A stretch of 64,000 bases of DNA from an uncultured SAR116 cluster alpha proteobacterium. Lineage in GTDB: Bacteria; Pseudomonadota; Alphaproteobacteria; Puniceispirillales; GCA-002684695. The stretch covers positions 36,723-100,722 of the forward strand of contig CACBIM010000006.1 in the NCBI GenBank assembly GCA_902539295.1. The letters run 5' to 3'. The notes beneath the pieces are model-generated. The model saw only the letters and a list, made by a program, of their open reading frames with translations. It made no database searches and was not told where the DNA came from. The position numbers were made by a program, and so were the translations under genes. Position 1 is the first letter of the stretch. Each line of letters starts with the position of its first letter. Positions 39,563-50,941 of the stretch are shown one piece after another.

Positions 39563-39910
39563 CTATGTTGGTGTCCATGGCTTATATTCATCATTTTCTT
39601 TATTTCTGCCAAAATTCTCACTCACATTTTTTGGAGAATATGCATATTTAGTTCCAGTGAGATTGGGCAAATGTTTTTTTTGCCATTCATGTTTTTTTTC
39701 ATTATCAGACGGAAATTTTTCTGAATAATGATGAAGCCAGCCATGATATTTCCCTGGAATTTTTGAGGCTTCAGGTAACCCATTATATCTAACCATTCTC
39801 TTTGATTTTTGAGCATCAGGTTTTTTTTGTTCATAATATTTATTACCAAATTCATCTTGCCCAACATAACGATAAAAAAAGAAAATTTTTAATTTTAATG
39901 CTAAGTTCAT
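39563..39910 (-). CDS. NADH:ubiquinone oxidoreductase subunit NDUFA12 family
   Basis: VG.DEFGNKYY, EASKIP...HGWLH, W.K.H.PNLTGT..AY.P. Confidence 0.9.
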   Translation of the reverse strand: MNLALKLKIFFFYRYVGQDEFGNKYYEQKKPDAQKSKRMVRYNGLPEASKIPGKYHGWLHHYSEKFPSDNEKKHEWQKKHLPNLTGTKYAYSPKNVSENFGRNKENDEYKPWTPT

Positions 39911-40053
39911 ATTAGCTGTCCTGAATACCTTTTATTTTTATTGTCATTATAAATTATTTAATAAACTCTAAACAACAGATTTTTGCAAAGATACAACATT
40001 AAAATTATAAAATTTATTTTTTTTAAAAAAAATAAAAAAAAAACTTGCAACTT

Positions 40054-40101
40054 ATACTATATATTAGGTAGCTTGTCTTATCCAACTACAACATGTAGTA
40101 T
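40054..40101 (+). promoter_or_regulatory. Tandem NrdR boxes upstream of nrdJ
   Basis: Cores CTATATATTA (40057, one mismatch) and CAACATGTAG (40089) match CwAnATnTwG and lie 32 bp apart. Confidence 0.7.
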
Positions 40102-40145
40102 TCTGTTTCGGAATTAGATACTTTCGGAACAAATTTGATTCTGGT

Positions 40146-40154
40146 TGTGGATAA
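40146..40154 (-). promoter_or_regulatory. DnaA box
   Basis: TGTGGATAA on + is the perfect TTATCCACA on -. Confidence 0.55.
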
Positions 40155-40222
40155 TTAAAATAGTGTGGCTAAAAATTAAATTTAAAAGATTTAAGTTACT
40201 AGAAGGTTTGGAAGGAAAATAA

Positions 40223-43200
40223 ATGCAATTCAAAAGACATTTTACTAATGATAAAGAAGATATATATTCAAATATTAAGTTTCAATATACTACTAGTGAA
40301 ATTAAAAATATGGATGGTAGTGTTGTCTTTAAAGCAGAAAATGTTGAAACCCCAAACTTTTGGTCACAGGTCGCTACTGATATTCTTGCTCAAAAATATT
40401 TTAGAAAAGCAGGTATACCAGTCAAAATAAAAAAAATTAAAGAAAAGAACGTACCTTCATGGCTCTGGAAATCAGCTCCAGATGAAACGGCTTTAAAAAA
40501 ATTACCACTTGAAAAGAGATTTGTTGGTGAAACCTCTTGTAAACAGGTCTTTCATAGACTTGCAGGAACTTGGACATATTGGGGCTGGAAAGGTAATTAT
40601 TTTTCTTCAGAAAAAGATGCTAAAATTTACTATGATGAGATGGTTTACATGCTTGCACACCAAATGGCAGCGCCGAATTCACCTCAATGGTTTAATACAG
40701 GTCTTTATTGGGCCTATGGAATAGATGGGCCCAGTCAAGGCCATTACTATGTAGACCCTTTTACAAAGAAACTAATTTCATCAAAGTCGGCATATGAACA
40801 CCCACAACCACATGCATGCTTTATTCAATCAATTAATGATGATCTAGTAAATGATGGTGGAATAATGGACTTATGGGTGAGGGAAGCAAGACTTTTTAAA
40901 TATGGTTCCGGAACAGGGTCTAACTTTTCACAATTAAGAGGTGCAGGTGAAAGCCTGTCAGGTGGAGGAAAATCATCCGGATTAATGAGTTTTCTAAAAA
41001 TAGGCGATAGGTCAGCAGGCGCAATAAAATCTGGTGGCACGACAAGAAGAGCTGCCAAAATGGTAACAGTTGATATAGATCACCCAGATATAGAGGAATA
41101 TATAAACTGGAAGGTTATAGAAGAAGAGAAAGTCGCAGCTATTGTTACAGGATCAAAAATTATTGAAAAAAATCTGCAAAATATTTTAAATTCTATAAAT
41201 AATAGTGATCTTGAAAATGAAGAGAAATCTAATCCAAAAGTTAACTATGAATTAAAACGTGCTATTGTAGAAGCTAAAAGTTCAATGGTTCCACAAAACT
41301 ATATTGATAAGATACTTCAGCTTTCCAAACAAGGTTACATATCTATAGAATTCAAAACTTATGACACTGATTGGGACTCTGAAGCTTATAATACAGTTTC
41401 TGGACAAAATTCTAATAATTCGATTAGAGTAACAAATGATTTTCTTAATAGTGTAGAAAATAATGGTGATTGGAATTTAATTAAAAGGACAGACAAAAGT
41501 GTTTACAAAACAGTTAAATCAAATGATCTGTGGGAAAAAATTGGAAACGCTGCTTGGTCTTGTGCAGATCCCGGGCTACAATACGATACAACCATAAATG
41601 AATGGCATACATGTCCTGAGGGAGGAAGAATTAATGCTTCAAACCCTTGTTCAGAGTACATGTTTTTAGATGATACCGCATGTAATCTTGCTTCATTAAA
41701 TTTAATGCAGTTTAAAAAAACAGACAGTACCTTCAATACCAATGCTTTCGAATATGCTGTAAAACTATGGACATTAACATTAGAAATATCTGTGCTTATG
41801 GCTCAATTTCCATCAAAAGAAATTGCTCAGAAATCATATGATTACAGAACCTTAGGATTAGGATTTGCAAACATTGGTGGGTATTTAATGTCTGCAGGAA
41901 TATCATATGATAGTGTCGAAGGCAGATCATTATGCGCTGCTATTTCTGCTTTGATGACTGGTACTTCATACGCTACATCAGCATTAATATCTAAAGAATT
42001 AGGTAGTTTTCCAAAATATAAAAATAATTCTTCTTATATGATGAGAGTAATCAAAAATCATAGAAACGCAGCTTATGGTAAAACTGATGGATACGATCAA
42101 TTAAGTATTTTGCCAGTTCCTTTATTAGAAAGTGAGTGCCAAGATAAAGAGCTTATAAATTCTGCAAAATTAGCTTGGGATAACGCTTTTAAATTAGGAG
42201 TTCAATACGGTTTTAGAAATGCTCAAACAACTGTAATTGCTCCAACCGGTACCATTGGATTAATAATGGATTGTGACACAACTGGGATTGAACCAGATTT
42301 TGCTCTCGTAAAATTTAAAAAACTAGCAGGAGGCGGATATTTTAAAATAATAAACAGAATAGTTCCAGAAGCACTCAAAACATTGGGATATAATAAAGAA
42401 CAAAGAGCAAAAATTGAAAACTATGCTGTTGGTCATGGCACACTAAAAAATTGTCCTGAAATAAATGAAAATACTTTAAGAGAAAAAGGCTTTACCGATG
42501 AGCAATTCACTTTACTAGAAAGTTCATTAAGTTCAGCCTTTGATATCAAATTTGTATTTAATAGATACACTTTTGGGGATGATTTCTGTAAAAACACACT
42601 TAATTTTTCAGATCAACAACTTAATGATATTAATTTCAATATGTTATCTGAAATTGGATTTACAGACGAGCAAATTGAAATTGCTAATACATTTATCTGT
42701 GGAGCCATGACTTTAGAAGGTTCACCCGAAATAAAAGACGAGCACTTACCCGTTTTTGATTGTGCGAACATATGTGGCAGAATAGGTCAACGTTTCTTAT
42801 CAGTTAACAGCCATATTGAAATGATGGCAGCATCACAACCGTTTATATCTGGTGCTATTTCAAAAACTATAAATATGCCAAGTACTGCCTCAGTTGAAGA
42901 CTGCAAGAATGCATATATGAGATCTTGGAAGTTAGGCATTAAAGCTAATGCACTTTACCGAGATGGATCTAAACTATCACAACCGCTATCATCATCCTTA
43001 TCTGATATTGAAGATGATGAAGACGCAATGGAGGCAGTTAAGCCAATAACCGAAAGAGTTATTGAAAGAGTTATCAGAGAAGTCAGACGATCAAGATTAC
43101 CAGAAAGAAGAAAAGGGTATACTCAGAAAGCAACAGTTGGCGGACATAAGGTTTACCTTAGAACAGGTGAGTATGAGGATGGTAAAATTGGCGAAATTTT

Positions 43201-43810
43201 TATTGATATGCACAAAGAAGGTGCTGCATTTAGGTCTTTAATGAATAACTTTGCTATTGCTGTTTCAATTGGCTTGCAATATGGAGTTCCTCTAGACGAA
43301 TTTGTTGAGGCCTTTACATTTACTAGATTTGAACCTCAGGGACTAGTAACAGGAAATGATACTATTAAAATGGCAACCTCTATACTTGATTATATTTTTA
43401 GGGAATTAGCTATTTCATATTTAGATAGACATGATCTAGGACATGTAAATAGTGATGAACTAGGAGAAAAAGATATTGATAAGGCAGATACACATTCACA
43501 ACTTATCAATAATACAAAAAAATTAAGTAGAGGTTATGTCAGACAAGAGTTAGAACTTACTGTTCTTGAAGGAGGTCAATCAAGAGCTAAATCATTTGCA
43601 GGAAGTAGTGTGCAAACTTCTAATGTAGTTTATGAGAATGATGCCGATTTTTCTACCAATACAATTGATAATAAGCAAACCGCCATTCAAAAAGCTAAAA
43701 TCCAAGGTTATGAGGGCGAAGCATGTGGGGAATGCGGAAACTTTACTCTTGTAAGAAATGGTACTTGCATGAAATGTAATACTTGTGGGTCGACTAGTGG
43801 CTGTTCATAA
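40223..43810 (+). CDS. nrdJ: Vitamin B12-dependent ribonucleotide reductase, class II
   Basis: [41 protein letters not shown]-like domain and C-terminal CGEC...[11 protein letters not shown]. Confidence 0.95.
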   Translation: MQFKRHFTNDKEDIYSNIKFQYTTSEIKNMDGSVVFKAENVETPNFWSQVATDILAQKYFRKAGIPVKIKKIKEKNVPSWLWKSAPDETALKKLPLEKRFVGETSCKQVFHRLAGTWTYWGWKGNYFSSEKDAKIYYDEMVYMLAHQMAAPNSPQWFNTGLYWAYGIDGPSQGHYYVDPFTKKLISSKSAYEHPQPHACFIQSINDDLVNDGGIMDLWVREARLFKYGSGTGSNFSQLRGAGESLSGGGKSSGLMSFLKIGDRSAGAIKSGGTTRRAAKMVTVDIDHPDIEEYINWKVIEEEKVAAIVTGSKIIEKNLQNILNSINNSDLENEEKSNPKVNYELKRAIVEAKSSMVPQNYIDKILQLSKQGYISIEFKTYDTDWDSEAYNTVSGQNSNNSIRVTNDFLNSVENNGDWNLIKRTDKSVYKTVKSNDLWEKIGNAAWSCADPGLQYDTTINEWHTCPEGGRINASNPCSEYMFLDDTACNLASLNLMQFKKTDSTFNTNAFEYAVKLWTLTLEISVLMAQFPSKEIAQKSYDYRTLGLGFANIGGYLMSAGISYDSVEGRSLCAAISALMTGTSYATSALISKELGSFPKYKNNSSYMMRVIKNHRNAAYGKTDGYDQLSILPVPLLESECQDKELINSAKLAWDNAFKLGVQYGFRNAQTTVIAPTGTIGLIMDCDTTGIEPDFALVKFKKLAGGGYFKIINRIVPEALKTLGYNKEQRAKIENYAVGHGTLKNCPEINENTLREKGFTDEQFTLLESSLSSAFDIKFVFNRYTFGDDFCKNTLNFSDQQLNDINFNMLSEIGFTDEQIEIANTFICGAMTLEGSPEIKDEHLPVFDCANICGRIGQRFLSVNSHIEMMAASQPFISGAISKTINMPSTASVEDCKNAYMRSWKLGIKANALYRDGSKLSQPLSSSLSDIEDDEDAMEAVKPITERVIERVIREVRRSRLPERRKGYTQKATVGGHKVYLRTGEYEDGKIGEIFIDMHKEGAAFRSLMNNFAIAVSIGLQYGVPLDEFVEAFTFTRFEPQGLVTGNDTIKMATSILDYIFRELAISYLDRHDLGHVNSDELGEKDIDKADTHSQLINNTKKLSRGYVRQELELTVLEGGQSRAKSFAGSSVQTSNVVYENDADFSTNTIDNKQTAIQKAKIQGYEGEACGECGNFTLVRNGTCMKCNTCGSTSGCS

Positions 43811-43821
43811 AAAGGAATAAA

Positions 43822-44283
43822 ATGTCGTTAATAAATGATAGATTGAAACAATTAAATATTGTATTACCTCCTGCACCTGCACCAGCAGCGAACTATGTAC
43901 CTTACGTAAAAAGTAATAAACTAATTTTTGTATCTGGGCAGATACCAATGCTTAATGGTGAACTAGTAACGGGTAAAATTGGTACAAATATAGAAATTGA
44001 AGATGCTAAGACAGCAGCAAGATTATGCGGTCTTGCAATAGTTTCTCAACTAAATGAAGCAACTGATTTAGATTTGGATAAAATAAAAAGAATTGTAAAA
44101 TTAGGAGGTTTCGTTAATTGCATAGATGAATTTACGCAACAACCAGAAATAATTAATGGTGCATCTGATTTGATGGTTGAAGTCTTTGGAGACAAAGGAA
44201 AACATTCAAGATTTGCAGTAGGAACTAATTCGTTGCCCAGGAATGTTGTTGTTGAAATTGAAGCAGTTGCAGAAATTCATTAA
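43822..44283 (+). CDS. RidA/YjgF family protein
   Basis: PAANYVP, VSGQIP, INGASDL...FG..GKHSR.AVG...LP....VEIE. Confidence 0.9.
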   Translation: MSLINDRLKQLNIVLPPAPAPAANYVPYVKSNKLIFVSGQIPMLNGELVTGKIGTNIEIEDAKTAARLCGLAIVSQLNEATDLDLDKIKRIVKLGGFVNCIDEFTQQPEIINGASDLMVEVFGDKGKHSRFAVGTNSLPRNVVVEIEAVAEIH

Positions 44284-44313
44284 TTTTTTGACGATTTAAT
44301 TGTCTAAAATTAA

Positions 44314-45504
44314 ATGAATAAAATTGAGAAAGAACCCTCACATACTTACACTTCAGTGGCTGAAAGTGTTTTTCAAGTAGAAAGATCAGCATGGAATAAT
44401 TGTGCAAATTTTATTGATGATAATAGGAATATCGGCAACCCTTTTTTATCTCATGAGTTTTTTAGTTGCCTAGAAGAAAGTGGATCGGTCTCAAAAGAGA
44501 CTGGGTGGATTAGTCAACATATTTTACTATTTGGAGAAGGTAATTCTCTAATAGGTATTTTACCAAATTATTTAAAGAATCATAGTTGGGGTGAATATAT
44601 ATTTGATCAAGTTTTTGCCAATGCATGGGAAAATGCTGGTGGAAAATATTATCCAAAATTGTTATCTGCAATACCCTTCTCTCCCGTTGCAGGAGAAAGG
44701 TTTTTAATTAAAAAGGGATATAGTCGTAAGTTTGTAATTGAAAAATTATTGGATGCGTTAGAAGATTTGAAAAAATTCTATAAAGTTTCCTCAGCACACA
44801 TTAATTTTATTAATGAGCCACAACTTAAGATAGCATTAAAAAATAAATTTTGGTTTGAAAGAAATAATATCCAATTTCACTGGAGCAATCAGAATTATGA
44901 GAATTTTGAACACTTTCTATCTAAATTATCGTCTTCAAAAAGAAAAACAATTAGAAGAGAAAGAAAAGAAATTCATAAAAGTTCCGTATTAATAGATATT
45001 GTCAAAAATGATGAAATAAAAAATTATCATTCAAAAATATTCTATAATTTTTACTTATCAACCATTGAAAAAAAATGGGGAGGCGTTTACTTGAACCAAA
45101 AGTTTTGGGATTTACTAATTCAATATCTTAAAAAAAGGATTGTTTTTATTTTCTCTAAACAAGATGGAGAGTTCATTGGCGGTGCAATTAATTTAATTGA
45201 TCAAAATACAATCTATGGTAGGAATTGGGGATCAATCAAAGATATAAAATTTATGCATTTTGAAGTTTGCTATTACCAAGCAATTGAGTTTGCAATAATG
45301 AATAATTTAAAAAAAGTTGAGGCTGGAGCTCAAGGATTTCATAAAATACAAAGAGGTTACCTTCCAACTAAAACTTACTCCATACACAATTTTTCAAATA
45401 ATAATTTAAGTCTGGCGGTACAAAAATTTTTGAATTCTGAACGCACACAAATTGGTAAAGAATTAGACCTGTTGATGACCAAATCACCATACAAACTATC
45501 ATAA
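44314..45504 (+). CDS. GNAT/FemAB-like protein (DUF482 type)
   Basis: NPFLSHEF...LE.SG, HSWGEYIFD, YYPKL, YGRNWG, HFEVCYYQ, EAGAQG.HK..RG. Confidence 0.88.
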   Translation: MNKIEKEPSHTYTSVAESVFQVERSAWNNCANFIDDNRNIGNPFLSHEFFSCLEESGSVSKETGWISQHILLFGEGNSLIGILPNYLKNHSWGEYIFDQVFANAWENAGGKYYPKLLSAIPFSPVAGERFLIKKGYSRKFVIEKLLDALEDLKKFYKVSSAHINFINEPQLKIALKNKFWFERNNIQFHWSNQNYENFEHFLSKLSSSKRKTIRRERKEIHKSSVLIDIVKNDEIKNYHSKIFYNFYLSTIEKKWGGVYLNQKFWDLLIQYLKKRIVFIFSKQDGEFIGGAINLIDQNTIYGRNWGSIKDIKFMHFEVCYYQAIEFAIMNNLKKVEAGAQGFHKIQRGYLPTKTYSIHNFSNNNLSLAVQKFLNSERTQIGKELDLLMTKSPYKLS

Positions 45505-45513
45505 AATATAATA

Positions 45514-47832
45514 TTAATTTTGTATGTTTTCGTGACTTTTAATTATTTTTGTTTTTTTCTTACCTGTTGTTTTATCATTTGGCTTTTCTTTGTTTTGATT
45601 AATAATAATAATATCGTCCTTTTTGATATCAATTAATACTTCTCCACCCATAACTAGTTCACCAAAAAGTAATTTATCAGCTAAAGGCTTTTTAATGTGT
45701 TCTTGAACAACTCGTCCCAAGGGTCTAGCTCCGTAAGCTGGCTCATAACCCCGTTCGGCAAGCCATTTTCTTGCTTTATCACTCAATAAAATTGTTACGC
45801 CTTTTTCTTCAAGTTGAGCCTCAAGTTGCATAATAAATTTGTCCACAACAGACATCATAATTTTAATTGAAAGAGGTGAAAACGGAATTATTGCATCAAG
45901 TCTATTTCTAAACTCAGGAGTAAAAATTCTTTCTACGGCCTCTGTATCGGCTCCTTCTCTTCCATTTCTAGCAAAGCCAATAGCACTTTTGGATAATTCT
46001 ACAGCACCAGCATTGCTAGTCATAATCAAAATACAACTCTTAAAGTCAACGCTTTTCCCATTGTTATCCGTAAGTTTACCATGGTCCATAACTTGAAGAA
46101 GAATATTGAAAAGATCTGGATGAGCTTTTTCAATTTCATCTAAAAGTATAACTGTATGCGGATTTTGATCAACAGCTTCAGTTAACAAACCACCCTGATC
46201 ATAGCCAACATATCCTGGTGGCGCTCCTATTAATCTACTCACTGAATGACGCTCCATATATTCAGACATATCAAATCGAGTTAATTTAACTCCCAGCGCT
46301 AGCGCAAGTTGGCGTGCCACCTCCGTTTTTCCTACTCCAGTTGGACCAGTGAATAAATAATTGCCAACTGGCTTTTCGGGTTCCCTTAGTCCTGCTCTTG
46401 AGAGTTTAATTGCAGACGCAAGAGATTCAATTGCTTTATCTTGTCCAAAAACTAGTCGTTTAAGATCATTTTCAATATTAAATAATAATGTTTTATCATC
46501 TTTGCTTATACTTCGGCTAGGTACTTTTGCCATTTTTGAGATTGTATCCTCAACTTCTTTAACACCTATAATTTTCTTTCTTTTTGATTTTGGAAGTAAG
46601 TTTTGAGCAGCTGCAGTTTCATCTATAACGTCAATTGCTTTATCAGGTAATTTTCTGTCATTAATATATTTTTGAGATAACTCAGCGGCAGCTTTTAATG
46701 ATAATCCTGAATATTTTATATTATGATGATCCTCATAAATAGATTTTAAGCCATTTAATATTTGAATTGTATCTGATAAACTAGGCTCTTCAATATCAAC
46801 TTTTTGAAATCTTCTGGACAATGCACGGTCTTTTTCAAAATAATTTCTAAACTCTTTATAAGTTGTTGATCCCATGCATTTGAGTTGACCAGATTGAAGA
46901 GCCGGTTTTAAAAGATTAGAGGCATCCATAGATCCTCCACTTGTTGCTCCCGCACCAACAATTGTATGAATTTCGTCAATAAATAGTATAGAATTATCAA
47001 TTCCTTCTATCTCCGAAATGATAGATTTAAGCCTTTCTTCAAAGTCTCCTCTATATCTTGTTCCAGCTAATAATGAACCCATATCAAGTGAATAAATTTC
47101 ATACCCATCAAGAAATTCAGGCACTTGATTTTTTGCTATCTTAAGAGCAAGGCCCTCTGCTATTGCAGTTTTACCTACACCTGGATCACCAACTAACAAG
47201 GGGTTATTTTTTGTTCTCCGACACAATACTTGTATACATCTCTCAACTTCTTTATCTCTACCAACCAAAGGATCGATTTTTCCTTCACGCGCCAATGAAA
47301 CTAATGGTTTAGCAAATTTATCCAAAGCTTTTTGGTTGCTTGAAGTATCAACTTCATCTTCGCCAGTTCCTTTAGTGTCTCTTGATTTAGCAAATGATGG
47401 GTTCTTAGCAGTTCCATGACTTATATAACTAACAGCATCTAATCTTGTCATGCCCTGGTTAGAAAGAAGCCACACTGCATGACTTTCTCGTTCTGCAAAC
47501 ATTGCTATAATTACATTTGCACCATTTGCCTGTTTTCTTCCAGAAGATTGAACATGAACTAAAGCTCTTTGAAGAACTCTTTGAAAAGATACTGTAGGTT
47601 GTATTTCATCAGACTTATAGTCAATCTGTTTATCCAGAGTGTTAGTCATAAAGTCATCTAATTCAGATTTCAATTTATTTAAATCTACTGAGCATGCATT
47701 AAGTAATTCTGAGGCATCTTCATCTTCAACTAATGCAAATAGCAAATGTTCTAATGTAACGAGCTCGGCACCTCTATCTGCAGCACATGTCATGGCTCTA
47801 TGAAGAGATTGCTCTAAATTTTCAGATAACAT
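45514..47832 (-). CDS. clpA: ATP-dependent Clp protease ATP-binding subunit
   Basis: Two AAA modules (GDPGVGKT, GPTGVGKT), IGF loop, adjacent to clpS. Confidence 0.96.
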   Translation of the reverse strand: MLSENLEQSLHRAMTCAADRGAELVTLEHLLFALVEDEDASELLNACSVDLNKLKSELDDFMTNTLDKQIDYKSDEIQPTVSFQRVLQRALVHVQSSGRKQANGANVIIAMFAERESHAVWLLSNQGMTRLDAVSYISHGTAKNPSFAKSRDTKGTGEDEVDTSSNQKALDKFAKPLVSLAREGKIDPLVGRDKEVERCIQVLCRRTKNNPLLVGDPGVGKTAIAEGLALKIAKNQVPEFLDGYEIYSLDMGSLLAGTRYRGDFEERLKSIISEIEGIDNSILFIDEIHTIVGAGATSGGSMDASNLLKPALQSGQLKCMGSTTYKEFRNYFEKDRALSRRFQKVDIEEPSLSDTIQILNGLKSIYEDHHNIKYSGLSLKAAAELSQKYINDRKLPDKAIDVIDETAAAQNLLPKSKRKKIIGVKEVEDTISKMAKVPSRSISKDDKTLLFNIENDLKRLVFGQDKAIESLASAIKLSRAGLREPEKPVGNYLFTGPTGVGKTEVARQLALALGVKLTRFDMSEYMERHSVSRLIGAPPGYVGYDQGGLLTEAVDQNPHTVILLDEIEKAHPDLFNILLQVMDHGKLTDNNGKSVDFKSCILIMTSNAGAVELSKSAIGFARNGREGADTEAVERIFTPEFRNRLDAIIPFSPLSIKIMMSVVDKFIMQLEAQLEEKGVTILLSDKARKWLAERGYEPAYGARPLGRVVQEHIKKPLADKLLFGELVMGGEVLIDIKKDDIIIINQNKEKPNDKTTGKKKTKIIKSHENIQN

Positions 47833-48206
47833 TATTCCTTCTCCAATTTTATTTGAAGAGGATGTTGGTTTTTTCTGGCTTTATCAAGAACCTGTGCTGC
47901 TTTCGATTCAGCAATCTCGAAGGTATATAGACCGCAAATCCCTAACCCTTTTTGATGTATGTGTAGCATTATTTCAGTTGCTTGCTCTTGAGACTTAGAA
48001 AAATAAGTTTGAAGCATCTCAACTACAAATTCCATGGGCGTATAATCATCATTTAACATAATGACTTTATAAAGTGGTGGCTTTTTTAACTTAGGCTTCT
48101 CTTGAAGAGTTAATGAGGAAAAATTTTTATCAAAATTTTCATTATCATTTTCTTCTGAGCTCAAAACAGTATTGAAGTATGGTTCGTTACTTTTTTCTCT
48201 TTTCAC
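47832..48206 (-). CDS. clpS: Clp protease adaptor ClpS
   Basis: [20 protein letters not shown]; start position uncertain. Confidence 0.94.
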   Translation of the reverse strand: MKREKSNEPYFNTVLSSEENDNENFDKNFSSLTLQEKPKLKKPPLYKVIMLNDDYTPMEFVVEMLQTYFSKSQEQATEIMLHIHQKGLGICGLYTFEIAESKAAQVLDKARKNQHPLQIKLEKE

Positions 48207-48435
48207 TTCTTCCTCATAAATAAATATCTTTATATATATATTGTAACTTTTATAGATTAATTCAAAGGAAATATCAAAATTAGCATAAAATTTGCTCCTT
48301 ATTTTTTAACTTTTATTAAATTAGAAAAATAATAATTATAAAATTATTAAAAAAGTTAATAAATTACAAAAGGATATTGCATTATCTTATTGAATCTGTA
48401 TGATTCATTATAAATTTTAAAATATATTTAGTTAT

Positions 48436-49692
48436 ATGCTTAACAAGCTATTTAAAATATTAAATTACGTGTCTTTGTTTTGGTTTGCCACAGTGTGCTT
48501 TAATAACTCAGTTTATGCTAATTCAAAGTATGCTTCAATTATCATGGAAGAACACAGTGGTAAAATTCTTTACTCAAGATCAGCTAATGAAAAAAGGTAT
48601 CCTGCAAGCATGACGAAAGTTATGACGTTATACATAATTTTCGATGAAATTAGAAAAGGTAAACTAAATTATAATTCAAAGATCGTTTTCTCAAAAAGAG
48701 CTGCTGGACAACCACCGTCAAAACTAGGACTTAAAAGAGGTCAGTCAATAAAGTTGAAAGAGGCAATGTACGCATTAGTAACAAAATCTGCAAATGATGT
48801 GGCGACTGCTGTTGCAGAAAAGATTGCTGGCACAGAAATTAATTTTGCGAAAAGGATGACTAATACAGCAAAAAAACTAGGAATGCAAAATACAAGATTT
48901 ATGAATGCTTCAGGTCTTCATAATAAATACCAAAAAAGTACAGCTAAAGATATGGCGATATTGGCTATTGCTATTAGAAGAGATTTTCCTTCAGAGTATA
49001 AAATATTTAACACTAAATCTTTCAAATGGAACGGTAGAAAATACAATAACCATAATAACCTCCTTAAATCTTACTATGGAACAGATGGCGTTAAAACGGG
49101 TTATATTGATGCATCAGGATTTAACTTGATGGCATCTGTTGAAAGAAAAGGAATACGTTTAATAGGAGTGGTTTTTGGGGGCAAATCTGGAAGTAGTAGA
49201 GACAGACATTTAATGGGTTTATTCAATAGTGCTTTTAAAAAAGCTACCCCTCCAAAATTAATTTTAGTTAATGCTCCAGTTTCAAAACCAAAGTTTGTAA
49301 AGTTAGGCGCACCAATTGCAAAGCCTAATAATCTAAGTAAAATAGTGTCCAATTTAGAGACACCTACAACAAAACCAACTTTATTATCTATAAATAACAC
49401 CCAATTAATTAACAATTATAAGAATTGGGGAATACAGGTGGGGACATATTCAAAAAAAGTTAATGCTCACCATATAGCAATTAAAGCTAGGAGAATTGCG
49501 CCTAATTTATTAAAAATGTTACCTGCGCAACTTACACCTATCTACATAAATCAAAATATGGCGTGGAGAGTAAGATTTAACAGCTTAGATGAAAAAACAG
49601 CGAGGAAAACTTGTTTAAAATTACTCTCAAAAAATATATCTTGTATTGCAGTACCGTCAGAGCAAATATTAGGGTATGTTGTTAAACAATAG
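48436..49692 (+). CDS. D-alanyl-D-alanine carboxypeptidase (S11) with SPOR domain
   Basis: PASMTK (SxxK), SAN, KTG motifs; C-terminal WGIQVG...RVRF..C SPOR-like region. Confidence 0.9.
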   Translation: MLNKLFKILNYVSLFWFATVCFNNSVYANSKYASIIMEEHSGKILYSRSANEKRYPASMTKVMTLYIIFDEIRKGKLNYNSKIVFSKRAAGQPPSKLGLKRGQSIKLKEAMYALVTKSANDVATAVAEKIAGTEINFAKRMTNTAKKLGMQNTRFMNASGLHNKYQKSTAKDMAILAIAIRRDFPSEYKIFNTKSFKWNGRKYNNHNNLLKSYYGTDGVKTGYIDASGFNLMASVERKGIRLIGVVFGGKSGSSRDRHLMGLFNSAFKKATPPKLILVNAPVSKPKFVKLGAPIAKPNNLSKIVSNLETPTTKPTLLSINNTQLINNYKNWGIQVGTYSKKVNAHHIAIKARRIAPNLLKMLPAQLTPIYINQNMAWRVRFNSLDEKTARKTCLKLLSKNISCIAVPSEQILGYVVKQ

Positions 49693-49839
49693 TATATACT
49701 CTTTTATTTAAAATAGAAATTTTCAAAAATAAATTAACCACTCATTAACAATTGTATCACTAAATGGTACATTATTATGGAGTATATTTTTTTATTTTTT
49801 TTATAACTTTAATCTACAAACAACCTTAAGAGTTTTGAA

Positions 49840-49926
49840 ATGTCAAATCTAGAAATTAAATATCCAGAAAAATCGAGTAAACAATCTCAAAAGCAATGTG
49901 CAGCGAGAGTGGATTTGAAAAGCTAA
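49840..49926 (+). other. 28-aa upstream ORF coupled to the dioxygenase start
   Basis: MSNLEIKYPEKSSKQSQKQCAARVDLKS*; its TAA overlaps ATG 49926 (TAATG). Confidence 0.4.
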
Positions 49927-50933
49927 TGACTATATTAAAAACTAATTTTTCGCCTGCCTTTAATATTACAAGATTAAGCCATGTAGTATTAACTAGCAAG
50001 GATCTGGATAAAACCAGATTTTTTTATGAAAAAGGTCTTGGCCTAGAAGTGACTTTCCAAGATAGTAATTTTCTATTCATGCGTGCTCTTGAAGAAACAA
50101 GTCATCACTCGTTAGTTTTTGAAAAACAGAACCATGCTAAAAAAAGTAAGTGTTTGCAAATTGGTTACAGGGTAGCTGATGAAGGCGAATTAATTAAAGC
50201 ATATGATTATTTTTTTAGCAAAAATTGCAATGTAAGTTATATTGAAAGGCCATTTCAGGGAAAGACTATAAGAGTTGAAGACAATATAGGCACCCCCATA
50301 GAAATTTGTGCAACTATGGATCAAAAAAAATCAAATATGCAAAATTTTCATCACCACTCAGGCGGAAAACTTGCATTTCTTGACCATATCCAAATAACTT
50401 GTCCTGACATTTCAAGTGTTTACAAATGGTATAATAATTTGGGATTTAGGCTAACGGAGTATACTGCAAATGATAACTCCGACGAGTTGTGGGGTGTATG
50501 GCTGAAAAGAAAAAATAATACTCAAGATGTTGTTTTTAGTAATGGTGTTGGACCATGCCTACATCATTTTGCATTCCACACACCTGAAGTATCAAATGTT
50601 ATACACGCAGCAGATGTAATGGCTTCCCTTGACCTTGCAGTCAACATGGATAGACCGCCAGGAAGACATGGTATAGGAAACGCATTTTTTATTTATTTCA
50701 GAGATCCAGATGACCACCGTGTAGAAATATTTACAAGTCACTATAATGTAATTGACTCCAACCAATTACCCAAAAGATGGAATTTAAGTGACACTCGGCG
50801 ATCACAGTTATGGGGCTTCCCCGCTCCTAAAAAATGGTTTTATGAGACAACAGAATTTGAAAATGTTCAACCAGTAAAACCTAAGCTAAATGCACCACCA
50901 ATTACTTTAGAAGACTTTCTCTCAAAATGGTGA
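49926..50933 (+). CDS. Extradiol ring-cleavage dioxygenase, VOC family (homoprotocatechuate 2,3-dioxygenase HpaD-like)
   Basis: FNITRLSHV, LDH, LHHFAF, PGRHGIGNAFF.Y.RDPD.HRVE, LWG.PAP..W. Confidence 0.88.
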   Translation: MTILKTNFSPAFNITRLSHVVLTSKDLDKTRFFYEKGLGLEVTFQDSNFLFMRALEETSHHSLVFEKQNHAKKSKCLQIGYRVADEGELIKAYDYFFSKNCNVSYIERPFQGKTIRVEDNIGTPIEICATMDQKKSNMQNFHHHSGGKLAFLDHIQITCPDISSVYKWYNNLGFRLTEYTANDNSDELWGVWLKRKNNTQDVVFSNGVGPCLHHFAFHTPEVSNVIHAADVMASLDLAVNMDRPPGRHGIGNAFFIYFRDPDDHRVEIFTSHYNVIDSNQLPKRWNLSDTRRSQLWGFPAPKKWFYETTEFENVQPVKPKLNAPPITLEDFLSKW

Positions 50934-50941
50934 ATTCTTAA

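Noticed and set aside
40223-43810. Intein or intron in nrdJ
   Set aside because: Length and motifs fit an ordinary alphaproteobacterial NrdJ; no splice or endonuclease motifs were seen.
49734-49749. CtrA box TTAA-N7-TTAAC
   Set aside because: Expected by chance in very AT-rich intergenic DNA, and the downstream genes are not cell-cycle related.
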